This document shows positions 49,920 to 61,157 of a DNA stretch of 64,000 nt, in pieces. This stretch comes from Squalus acanthias. Its lineage: Eukaryota. Numbering within the stretch: the first letter of the stretch is position 1; each line of letters starts with the position of its first letter. The translations under genes were made by a program, and so were the position numbers. Location of the stretch: contig CM059425.1 of the NCBI GenBank assembly GCA_030390025.1, forward strand, positions 173,478,001 to 173,542,000, written 5' to 3'. The notes below the pieces were generated by a model. The model was not told where the DNA came from. It worked only from the letters and a program-made list of their open reading frames with translations, and ran no database searches.

Positions 49920-50413
49920 TGTGTAAGTTCTTCAAAATTTAATTTTTCAACTCCATTTTTGTCTATTATCCCCCACCATGTGTTGTTTTGCATTTTACGA
50001 TTCCCTTATCACTTCTATTTGTCTTTTGATGCTTGATATTCGACCTTGCTGGCATTTCTGCTATCTGTTCCTGGCTGCATGTTGTCAGTTTCTGTTCTAA
50101 GAATTAAACCCCATCTTTGAATCTAACAGCTATTTCTTACAATTCCCTTCTTTGAGAAGGAAATAATCCTTATTGACTTCTCACAATCAGCTCTTGACTA
50201 ATCTAGCTAGTTCTTATTGCTCTCTCAACTTGGGCATTAGTTAGTAGGGAGTCTTGAAGATTTCTCCCTTGTAATAGTCCATTCCGGTGTTCCAATTCTG
50301 CCCCGCCTGGGGTATCCTCTGTTTCTTCTATCTTCCTGATGTTACCCCGCCTGGGGTCTCCTCTACATTGCTTCGGATCTTCTCTTTCGGTGTGCTCAAT
50401 TTGTTAGTGCTGG

Positions 50414-50890
50414 TTAGTCATGGGCATGAGTACCCAATTGGCTTGTGTATCTTACTACATAGGTTACATATATCAAATACACTATCATTACAAGTTGGAG
50501 AACTACCAGAGCGTGTGAAATAATACAAATCTAAGGGTGTGCCTATATATTAAGCCCAATATCCCACCAGTGTGAGTTGTCCCCTATGCTGTCAATTTCA
50601 ATATCTATTCTCGAGTTGTCTTCCTTCAGAACATAAAAATGCTTTAGGGAGGAGTTCAGTCGCATCATGAGTTCACTGATAACCTTAGACAACAGGGGAA
50701 TGTCATATCCGAATTGTGCCACATAATTGTGCAGCTCATACTTAAGTACCTCATTTACTGTCAGTTTCACTTGAGCATAGGTTTCGATATTATGTAAAAT
50801 GTGTTGGTTGATAGGACAGGTCCTGTTAGACCCGTAAAGCATGGTAGTTGCGGTAGTAGTGACACAGGAGGCACCACCAAAACCACCTCA
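50414..50890 (-). pseudogene. Second membrane-glycoprotein remnant (C-terminus with TM helix), possibly F-type env
   Basis: Reading through two stops: SCVTTTATTMLYGSNRTCP...IDSIGDNSHWWDIGLNI*AHP*ICIISHALVVLQLVMIVYLIYVTYVVR; N-glycosylation sequons NRT and NSS. Confidence 0.55.
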
Positions 50891-53339
50891 TACTGGATTC
50901 GCACTGGTTTTTCCCACGCTCTGTTACCTACAAAACACAGTTATTACAGTCACAGTTAAATTCAGTCTTACAATCATTTCAAGCAACATTACAGTTTAAC
51001 ATCTAATCAACAAATCATGGACTTAAAAGATTCTCCAGATCGTTCTTTTACTCGTATCCATATTGTGGATAGTTCTTACTAAACATGATTTCTCCTTAGC
51101 CCTCAATTGTCCCAATCCAGATTCCAGGTAACTCTCCACTTCAACTTCAATTTCCAATCCCTCTAACAGGTACCAGTGTGTTTAACTCTATTCTGTTTCA
51201 TTAATTAGATAGTTTCTCGATGGAGTATGTGTCAATGCTTTAAAAGTTGTCTCGCTCTCCTGAACCACATTAACTATTTCATGTCTTGCTGTTGTCAAGT
51301 AACTGAGTATGTCTGAGACCCGTTCTTCAGTGCAGATTCACCATACATTTCTAGATGGTAATTGCTTCATACGTAACAAATCACATTTGCGCACACATAC
51401 CGTTATCTACATATTATGCCACATGTGCCATCCGATACAAGCCTTTCTCGGGCTTTCAGGTGATCTTATCAAAAGATTGTCTGGAGGTCTTTGTTCATCT
51501 TCCATCGCATGGTCCCGATGTCTTGGGTAGTGGCCAGACTATCATATTCAGTTTTCTTAAAAAGTTCATTATAGGCAGGGACACAAATGTCTCCAAGAGA
51601 AAGCTATCAATTTACTATTCTTAACTACACTTTCCTGACTTTCACTAGAAAGTTTGGAAAATTCCCAATTGGTGGTGTAATTCTCCTGTTTCTATATTAC
51701 ACCCTCAATCACTTCCTCTCTCCATTTTACACATCCCATTAATTACCATTCATATCTCAGTCATGAGCCCTGGAGTAACTTTACTGTCCAGTACAATATT
51801 TAAGATTGAAAACATAGATCAAACATTCTCACTAGGTCCAAGTTATTTTAGAGGATCTTTTATTTTCCCAAAAGTAATCCAATATATATATAGTGCCTGA
51901 GTCCATTTTGTTATTACAACATTATCCCAAAATCCAAACAGCAGTACTGTTGAACTGATAGGCTTTGTCAATGTTCAATTTCATTTCTATCAATTTATCT
52001 TCCATTTCCAATTTCAGAAACAAATGATTTCTAGGCTAGGTGGCTTATACAGTGTTTTAACATTAGAGACAGAAGTGCTGCAATTAGTTTACAAGGTAAC
52101 TTCCATATAACAAAAGAAAGGAGAGAATCCATTGTGACTCTGCTTAGAGCCCAAGCGGTTAATTTATCAAATCATAATTTTCCTTCTGGGAAATGTTAAA
52201 TTAAAATTAAGAAACTTAAATTTAATAATGTCCAATATCTTTAAATGTCATACTAAAGTTGTTGCTCAGTGAACTTAATCAGCTGTCAGTGGAAAGGGTT
52301 AACTCCTTTGCAGGTCTTTAAGAAGGTGGAGCGAAACATTGTCAGGCGCACGCAATTGCGTCACTTCACGTAAATTAAAAACATTTTTTTTTCCGATCGA
52401 AAAAGACAGATGTGTTTTCACACTTTAACTGAACATGAACAGAACAGATAAAACAAAACAAACTAGTACATGCTTGTAGAAAACCATAAATCACATCATA
52501 TTTCTTATTGTCCTTTCTTCAGATGTCTTTCCAAAATACTGTAAAAACATTGAATATAACTGGAGAAAAATTAGTTTTTCACATTTAAGCAAATCAAATC
52601 AAACTGCTTTGGAAGATTTCACCATAGCAACCGCGACTCCAAGGTTAAATCTTAGACCGAAACTTAATCTTTTGTTAAACAAACTTTTTGTTGCTCTTCT
52701 CAGTTTTTACACACCAGCTTAACTTAAATTGTAGTTCAAAGTTTTTTTTTCTAATTCTTGGGGCACAATCTATTGCAGCCACACATCGTGTGATTCCTCT
52801 GCCAATGGTATGGACCAGAACCCGTTCTGTATCCAAGACTGTAAATATTTCAAAGTCTGGTTTCAGACCATTAAATATCTTATTCAATGCGGTCTACACA
52901 AATTTACAACAACCAGAATTTCACCGTGCACAATGAAAGTCTGGTTTTTAATAGGTTAATTAACCTCAATGACTCCAATTCAATCCAGATCATTTAAAAA
53001 AAAACTAACCAGTATCACGTGGAAAAGAAAGAAATCATAGCCACATTAACAAAGAAACAATTACCCATGCCTTGTAAACATTTAAATTCATTTTCTTTCC
53101 AGGCACATTGGCAACTGTGACTTCAATGCTGAAGCTTATCTTTTGTAAAACAATTAACAAACTTAAAACAACACACGCGAAAGAAACTATCCTTCAAGAC
53201 AAGTCTTCAAAGGGTTAAACAGCTTTTAGCTCTCTGTACAAAAGAGTGGGTGACAGACACTTTTTTTTTGACAGACTTTCAGACAAAATAAATACTGTAA
53301 CTTAACAAACTTAAACATTCACAGTCAGGTAAACTTGCA

Positions 53340-54232
53340 GGGGTAAAAATTCAGTTGGTTGCGCCTCCCGTTAGCGCCTTAAGAGGGCGCTAATGGGGCG
53401 CAAAGCCGCTAACGCCCGGGCGCAGCGATGTTTGCGCCGCTCGGGAACTTAACTAGAGATTGTGCGGCGGCGCTAAAACTTACCGCTGCGACCACCTGCG
53501 CGCGCAGATTGTGACGTCATTCCATGGTGCAACGCCCTTGTGGCGCCCCGGAGCGGAAATTGAGTGGCGCCCCCTGCCTTACCGCCTGGCGCATCCAACG
53601 ACCAGAAGACTGGAACGCTATCAATCGCTGTGGGGCTGGGGGGGGCGCTATTTAAAGGGGGCCTCTTCCTGTCTTTTATTGTTGGTGGCATTTTTGAACT
53701 ACGCATTCTGAGAGAGAGAGGGAGAGACTTCTGGAGAGATTCAACGTTGTGTGAAGGAGTTTTGGGTACTGAGCAGCACTTTGCAGGTTCATTTTGATTT
53801 GCCATTCCTTGTATCGATTTAGCAGAGACTGTGGGAGCTGCACTCTGAGCTCTTTGCCTGGTACTCTCCATTGTTCTTTCCAGCACATTTGATGTGCAAG
53901 TCTCTCCAGGCCGAGATTCAAGGCTGCAATGAACAGGATGTGGATGGAAAGCAAGATTAACCATCCCCTTTAAGAACTGGCCCGTGCCATTGTGTGTGTG
54001 TTCCATTGCTGACTGACATTACATGAGCTTCGCCAGCGCTCTGAGTTAGCGCCTCACTCCTTGGCCTTTGCGCCTTAAGACAGGTGTGCAGTGCCTGATT
54101 TAGCGCTCCACTCACCTCCCGGGGCGGTAAAAGTGAAGTTTCCAGTCAGTGCCGATAATTAGCGCCAGGCGCTAATATTTGCGTCCAGATGATATTTGCG
54201 CCCCAAATGGGGCGCGACCTAATTTTTACCCC
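53340..54232. mobile_element. Non-autonomous Harbinger deletion derivative (893 bp) inside the ERV
   Basis: TIRs GGGGTAAAAATT / AATTTTTACCCC, TSD GCA (53337-53339, 54233-54235); several hundred bp at each end near-identical to the autonomous elements. Confidence 0.95.
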
Positions 54233-54450
54233 GCACTCTTTTAACACACACTTTCACACAAACTGAGATCTCAGTATTCCTTTTAAGATTCCTTTCACTC
54301 AGCAAATCCTGGATTTGATTTGTCTCGGCACAGACATTAATAACTTCCATGTCGATAAAACTTTAAAATTTCTCTCTTTTTTTTTACGTAAGCGTCTCAG
54401 CAGCTTTTCCTGGCTTTCCAAATCCCTTCTTTTTTGCTGAGTTTCAGATT

Positions 54451-54867
54451 TCAATGTCGGTAAATTAGATTTTTTCCTTCTACATACACCTGTAGTCCCT
54501 TTTCTGAACAAATTATTGTTGCTTGCATTTTGCATAGCAAATCTCTCCCTAAAAGGTTCATAGGGGCATCGTCTGATAGGAGAAAGGCATGTTGGCCAGA
54601 GAAATTGTCTGCTTGTATTGCTAATGGCTGTGACCATTTCATAGTCTGTGAGACGCCGGAAAGTCCTACACATGTGACATTCTTTTCTGTACATGGGGTT
54701 CCTCTAGCATATTGCTTTGTTAATAGTGAGCTTGTGGCACCTGTGTCAACGAGAAAAGGAACTCTCTTGCCCTGCATTTCTATGGATAAATATGGCTAAT
54801 CTCTAGAATTTACTGATACTGAAGATAATTGAAGTATGTGGGTAACATTTGGGGCTGTGCCTTTGCG
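54451..54867 (-). pseudogene. pro: Retroviral aspartic protease, in frame with gag after its TGA
   Basis: FLVDTGATSSLL and NLLGRDLL; one extra in-frame TAG upstream of the active site; no RT follows. Confidence 0.92.
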
Positions 54868-55830
54868 TCACGCTGAATAATTTTGCTCTGGGGGTGGGAG
54901 GGATCCAATTTGTCCTTCCATATTTTGACCTCCCCAAGGGTTCCCCGTTGTAAAACCTGCCTGTGGACGAGTGTAAGCCTGGGCTTGGGTATTTACATTG
55001 TTTGGTGCACCTTCCCAGCCTTGATGTTGCTGCTTGGGGAACGAACAGTTAGCCTTCCAGTGTCCGATCTGGCCACAGTTAAAACATGGGGAATTTGCAC
55101 CTCTTCCATTCCACTGGCCTCTGCCCATCCCTCCTCTACCTCTTCCTTTAAATCTGCCTCTGTTATACCTTCTGCCTCGTCCTCCGTATTGACTTTGATA
55201 ATAAATGGTATTCTGGGCCGTCGATGTTGCGGAAGCTGCTTGCTCCATTAAGAGGGAAACTTTATTCTTTTGGTCCCTATTTCTCTCCTGAATTCCTTTC
55301 AGAATTTGTGCCAATTCAGGAGTTGTTTTATGTCTCCAATCTAGGCAGACTTAAGTCAATGGTTCTTTAAGTTCTGTTCTGAGACCATTTACGAGGGCAT
55401 TGATTAATGGAATCTGGTAATTTTCTTTGGTCATTCCAGAATGCTGCCCCATAATTGCTTCTATTCTTAAAGTCATTTGTCTAACTTCATCTTGTTTAGC
55501 CAATTTACTCACGGGGTCTTTTCTCTTATTTTTAATGCTAGATCTACTGGCTTGTATACTACGCCTTTCTGCTTCCTTTTTCCAGTCTGAAAAGGCTGAC
55601 CAATTTACTGACTTTTTACCTTTTCTTTGTGGGTCTCTATTTGCGAGACAGTCCTCTAGACATATAATTCTGTCTAGGTTAAAGGTTCCATCAATAGGGA
55701 ACGGGTGTTTGTCATTCTTGGTCTATTTAGACCAATCAGACAAATCCCTTGTGGATGTCCGACCACAGTTCTGGAAGATGTAAAAAGCTGGAGTTCCTTT
55801 TTCTGGGATCTTACTCTGTGAAGCTCCCAT
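54868..55830 (-). pseudogene. gag: Gag with two in-frame stops and an apparent internal capsid deletion
   Basis: Myristoylation start MGASQSK, matrix motif W...T...FPIDGTFNL, ALVNGL, RGG-rich stretch, CCHC knuckle CFNCGQIGHWKANC. Confidence 0.9.
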
Positions 55831-56527
55831 TTTAGTAAAGTTTTAATTATACTAGGCACTCTTCTTCTAAATCGCAAGTTTCACGCTTTACCCCCTTACG
55901 ATTATATTTGACCATCCAAAGTTCTACAAGCGATGAACAATAACAAGAACTAACAACAATCAAGACAATTATAAGTAATGCAAAAAGCCCAAACAGGCAA
56001 ACAAATCAAGTAATCAAACATTTAACCTTATACTTTAAGCTAAACAAATAGTCAATTCTCAGTTTTGCATTGTTCTCCACTACAAACTGAGTCCTTAACA
56101 TTTAACTTATACTCTATACGAAGGTTTCTTATCTAAACCTTTCTGCCGCGAGATTCTTTTTTTTCTTTTCGCGGCTCAAGGGACCCACCCTTGATACTGC
56201 AGTTTTAATCTTTTAGCGCTTTCTCACAACCTGGTACCTTTATCAGTCCGGGATACAACCTGTCGACTTTTCCCTTGCCTCCTTTGCCCGATAGTTTTGA
56301 AACTTGAGCCGTCAGATCCTCCTCCCTTTTTTTTTTAACGTTAAAAAAGCAAAAGTTACACGAGTCTTAACAATCGCAGTACTCCTGTCGGAAGAAACAG
56401 ACTACACCAATTCAGTATCTAATGAGAAATCCTTTTTATGTGATAAAACATCACTGTGGCCATTCAGGATTTGTCACTAGAAATTCATGGTGTCTTTTGT
56501 CCGTGACTTACCGAAAGGTAGCAAGCG

Positions 56528-56545
56528 ATCTCGGTGGAACCTCCA
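56528..56545 (-). promoter_or_regulatory. Primer binding site, tRNA-Gln
   Basis: TGGAGGTTCCACCGAGAT is complementary to the vertebrate tRNA-Gln 3' end ATCTCGGTGGAACCT-CCA (18 nt). Confidence 0.9.
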
Positions 56546-57563
56546 AGAAATACTGTCGAAGTTTCGACTTCCGAGTAAGACTCTTGAAAAATAAAGTATC
56601 GTCAAGGCAGGCTTTATTATTTACTTGCTTGCAAGGAGAATGCAACCGTAGTCAAATAGCTACGATGACACACTGAAAAATCACAGAAAATGGAACATTC
56701 TTATACACTGATAATACAAGCTTTCCATATCACATGACATGTTGTTTAAGGTAAGCTAAGTTAAAAGTTAAAAAACACATAAGAAATGCCTTACGATGAG
56801 ACTAGCTAATCTCTACAAAATGGAGTCTATCTATCTGTTCTTCTTCTCCCACCAAGGCCAAGGCTTCTGGCTGTTTACTTCACTAGTCCTTGGTTATCTC
56901 AAGTTGATTAGAAGAAGCCTTTTTTTTCTCTGTACTAGCAGATTATGAAGACAGCATAGTCTGCAAAGTTTAAATTCATCTCCATGAGAAGTCATAAACA
57001 TCTTTATCTTTTCCCAAACAAGTCAGAGTCAGCCATTTTGTATCACTCTTTGGGGTAAAAATTCAGTTGGTTGCGCCTCCCGTTAGCGCCTTAAATGGGC
57101 GCTAATGGGCCGTTAAGGCGCTAACGCCCGGGCGCAGCGCTGTTTGCGCCGCTCGAGAACTTAACTTGAGATTGTGCGGCGGCGCTAAAACTTACCGCTG
57201 CGACCACCTGCGCGCGCAGATTGTGACGTCAGTCCGTGGTGCAACGCCCTTGGGGCGACCCGGAGCGGAAATTGAGTGGCGCCCCCTGCCTTACCGCCTG
57301 GCGCTTCCAACGACCGGAAGACTGGAACGTTATCAATCGGTCTGGGGCTGTGGGGGGCGCTATTTAAAGGGGGCCTCTTCCTGTCTTTTTCTGTGGTCGA
57401 CATTTATGCACCACTCGTTCTGAGAGAGAGAGAGAGATTCGGAGAGAGAGAGAGAGAGACTTCTACATTGACTCAACGCTTTGTGAGGTAGTTTTGCCTA
57501 GTTCATCCTAACTTTGCTGCTACTTTCGTTGCTGTACCTCATTACTTTTCTGGCAAAGAGAAG

Positions 57564-58724
57564 ATGGGGGCTGCAATGATTGGGGGCGTCGTCCTGCTCC
57601 AGCTCAATCGGAGGAGAGTGAGACGCAGACAGAGAGTGGCAATGATGGCCAGACGGAGGAGGCCCATCAGGCGCATGTACAGGAGAGCTTACCCTCCCAG
57701 GGTATATCGTGAACAGCTCTCCTACATCCACATGTCCGAGGAGCTGTGTTTGCGAAGGCTGCGATTCAGCAAGGAGGTGGTCACTGAGCTCTGCCACCTG
57801 CTGCAGCCAGATCTGCAGCCTCAGCTGAGGTCCAGGACGTCTCTGTCGGTGGCAGTGAAGGTCACAGTGGCCTTGAACTTCTACGCCACTGGCTCATTCC
57901 AAGCTGCTGTTGGGGACCTCGCCAATATCTCCCAGTTTGCGGTGCATCGCTGCATCCGGCAGGTCACCAATGCCCTCTTCACAAGGAGACGAGACTTCAT
58001 CTCCTTCCCTATGACCCCAGACAAGCAGCATGACCTTGCTATGGGCTTTGCGAGGGTAGCGGGCTTCCCCATGGTGCAGGGCGCCATTGACTGCACGCAT
58101 GTGGCTTTGCGTGCTCCGCGAGAGAATGCAGAGGAGTTCCGGAACAGAAAGGGGTTCCATTCCTTGAATGTGCAGTTGGTCTGTGACCACAGACAGGTGA
58201 TTCTCGCTGTCAATGCCCACTATCCGGGCAGCTGCCACGATGCTTTCATCCTGCGCCAGAGTACTGTGGCAGAAATTTTCGAGGCACCGCATCAGCCAGT
58301 TGGTTGGCTTCTGGGGGACAAGGGGTACGCATTGAGCACCTGGCTGATGACACCGCTCCGTGCGCCAAACACCCCTGCTGAGCTGCGGTACCAGGAAAGC
58401 CAACAAGCAACGAGGAACATTATTGAGCGCACAATCGGCGTGCTCAAACAACGATTCCGCTGTCTGGACCATTCCGGAGGAGCCCTGCAGTACTCGCCTG
58501 AGCAAGTTTCCAAATTCGTAGTGGTGTGCTGCATGTTGCACAACATGGCAATCCTCAGGACGCAGCCAATGCCACCAGGCCTTGCAGCACCACAAGAGGA
58601 GGAGGAGGAAGAGGAGGAACAGGCCGAGGACGATGATCAGCAGCAGCACCAAGGCAGGAGGGCGGCCCACAATGGTCAAACTGCAAGGGCCGTCCGTCAA
58701 CGACTAATAGCAAGCCGCTTCTAG
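57564..58724 (+). CDS. Harbinger DDE transposase, 386 aa, intact
   Basis: GAIDCTHV, LLGDKGY, IERTIGVLKQRF; roughly 92% identical (by eye) to the copy at 3561-4643. Confidence 0.96.
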   Translation: MGAAMIGGVVLLQLNRRRVRRRQRVAMMARRRRPIRRMYRRAYPPRVYREQLSYIHMSEELCLRRLRFSKEVVTELCHLLQPDLQPQLRSRTSLSVAVKVTVALNFYATGSFQAAVGDLANISQFAVHRCIRQVTNALFTRRRDFISFPMTPDKQHDLAMGFARVAGFPMVQGAIDCTHVALRAPRENAEEFRNRKGFHSLNVQLVCDHRQVILAVNAHYPGSCHDAFILRQSTVAEIFEAPHQPVGWLLGDKGYALSTWLMTPLRAPNTPAELRYQESQQATRNIIERTIGVLKQRFRCLDHSGGALQYSPEQVSKFVVVCCMLHNMAILRTQPMPPGLAAPQEEEEEEEEQAEDDDQQQHQGRRAAHNGQTARAVRQRLIASRF

Positions 58725-59764
58725 GGCCCCTGCCAGTGCTACAAACACGAATCAACCCAGCACGCAACCCCTAAGCCGGCCAAGGCACCAATAATTCCAA
58801 CCACCAGCCATGTATATTTTGAATACAGAAACTTATTTATTGTACAAACTCTGTGTGTGTCAATTCCTCATGACAAACTCATAGAAATAAACACAAAAAA
58901 ACAGTCAATAACATAACTGGTTCTCACAACCTGGAGATAATGTCCAAAACACTAAACAAAAGTTGGGCCATGAACCTCGGCCTTTAATAAAAAAATGACC
59001 AGCATTTTGGCACACCTCCTACTTTTTGCCCTTCGAGGGTGATCTCCTTCCCTTGCGCACTTCCCCCCTTCTAACCCTACTGCTCCTCCGTAATGGGACC
59101 TCAGTGGCTGCAGCAAGGCTGGTGGAAGGCTGCTGCTTGTCAGACCCTGACACTGCAGATGCCCCTGAAGGACGGCCTCGACCACTTCTGGGCCTGGAGG
59201 GCCCGGCTGCAGACTGCACCAACTCTGCATGGGCGGCAGCAGTCTGTCCTACAGGCGGTGGCAAGTGCAGTGGAGAAGTGACAGTGTTGGCAGCAGGAAT
59301 GCTGTCATCGTGAGAGAGGACAGCAACTCCCTGCTCGCCCGACACACTGGCACTCCCACGGGGCAGCACTTCAGCATCCGGAGCAATTTGCCTGAGAACA
59401 GATTGCTGGCCTGCTGCGGCGCGGTGACAGCCCCGGGGACATGTGCACGAACCATCGAGGATGGCAGCAGTCAGTGCTCGCGTGGCCTCAATCTGAGTCT
59501 GCATGAGAGCAGGCTCAGATGGGTTCCTGGCAGCCAGTGACTGAATTGCAGCAGTAAGCTTTAGTGTGGCATCCGCCTGTGCTACAGCGAAGTGCTCCAC
59601 ACTCCTTGCCAGTGCCTCAATGCATTCGGGCACCCTTCCCACTGCACCCATGAGCTCAGTGTGCATGACCACCGCCTGGCTGTTCATTTCTGCAATCAGC
59701 CGCTCCTCCTCTGCGTCCATTGCATTAGGAGTGTCTGGCATACTCTCCCTCTGGGGAGAAGGCT

Positions 59765-60113
59765 CCCGTTCTTCCCTCCCCCCCCCATGGCGTTGCTGCA
59801 GCCCGCTGGGTCCTGGAACTTCACCATCATCAGCCCCTTCCCCCCTGCTCCCCCGTTCTTCCCTCCCCCCCGCCATGGCGTTGCTGCAGCCCGCTGGGTC
59901 CTGGAACTTCACCATCATCAGCCCCTTCCCCCCTGCTCCCCCGTTCTTCCCTCCCCCCCCCATGGCGTTGCTGCAGCCCGCTGGGTCCTGGAACTTCACC
60001 ATCATCAGCCCCTTCCCCCCTGCTCCCCCGTTCTTCCCTCCCCCCCCCATGGCGTTGCTGCAGCCCGCTGGGTCCTGGAACTTCACCATCATCAGCCCCT
60101 TCCCCCCTGCTCC
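59765..60113. repeat. ~87-bp coding tandem repeat, 4 copies (GSRGEGADDGEVPGPSGLQQRHGGGREER)
   Basis: Four consecutive units; a single unit in the 1070-5232 copy (~2417-2500). Confidence 0.93.
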
Positions 60114-60611
60114 CCTCCGGGGAAGGCGTGTTCCCAGTGTGGCCATGGGCTTCCTCGGGAGAGGGTGGCACTGATGCTCCGGCTTCCTCTTCCTCCTCAG
60201 CTGCAGCATCACTCCCAGTGGCAGCTTCAGGGACCATCTCCTCAGCTGGTGAATCACCATCTGAAAGCAGGGAGGTACAAGAGTGGCTTTAGCGTGAGGA
60301 CAGGGTGGCAGTAAGGGAGGAATAAGTGCAGCGAGTTAGCAAGTTGGATTGAAAGTGTCAAAGGCTGGTATTGTGAGGGACAAGTGGAAGGACAGAGGAC
60401 AAAAAGGTGATGACCTTACCATTGCTGTCCACAACGGGGTCGGCGTCTCCAGTGGCGACGGGACCGATCACCCGGCTTGCCACAATCCTGTGGACGCGCT
60501 CCTCCAGATCGCTGAGGGGTTGCAGCTGAAGCCGCCCTCCACCCGTCCGTTGCTGCTGTCTCCGATTATGAGCCAGCTTAGCCTGCAAGAAAAAGGACAG
60601 CATCTGAGTCA

Positions 60612-61157
60612 ATATACAGCCATGGTCTTGCCTGATGTGCCTCCCATAGGTGAATAGCCCTTACAATATACAGCCATGGTCTTGCCTGATGTGCCTCCCA
60701 TAGGTGAATAGCCCTTACAATATGCAGCCATGGTCTTGCCTGATGTGCCTCCCATAGGTGAATAGCCCTTACAATATGCAGCCATGGTCTTGCCTGATGT
60801 GCCTCCCATAGGTGAATAGCCCTTACAATATGCAGCCATGGTCTTGCCTGATGTGCCTCCCATAGGTGAATAGCCCTTACAATATGCAGCCATGGTCTTG
60901 CCTGATGTGCCTCCCATAGCTGAATAGCCCTTACTGTATGCAGCCATGGTCTTGCCTGATGTGCCTCCCATAGGTGAATAGCCCTTACAATATGCAGCCA
61001 TGGTCTTGCCTGATGTGCCTCCCATAGGTGAATAGCCCTTACAATATGCAGCCATGGTCTTGCCTGATGTGCCTCCCATAGGTGAATAGCCCTTACTGTA
61101 TGCAGCCATGGTCTTGCCTGATGTGCCTCCCATAGGTGAATAGCCCTTACTGTATGC
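60612..61157. repeat. 54-bp intronic minisatellite, 10 copies
   Basis: Same unit as 1807-1914; near-perfect copies with a few variant positions. Confidence 0.96.

Noticed and set aside
60612..61157. CRISPR-like array
   Set aside because: Head-to-tail units with no unique spacers, in a eukaryotic intron; it is a minisatellite.
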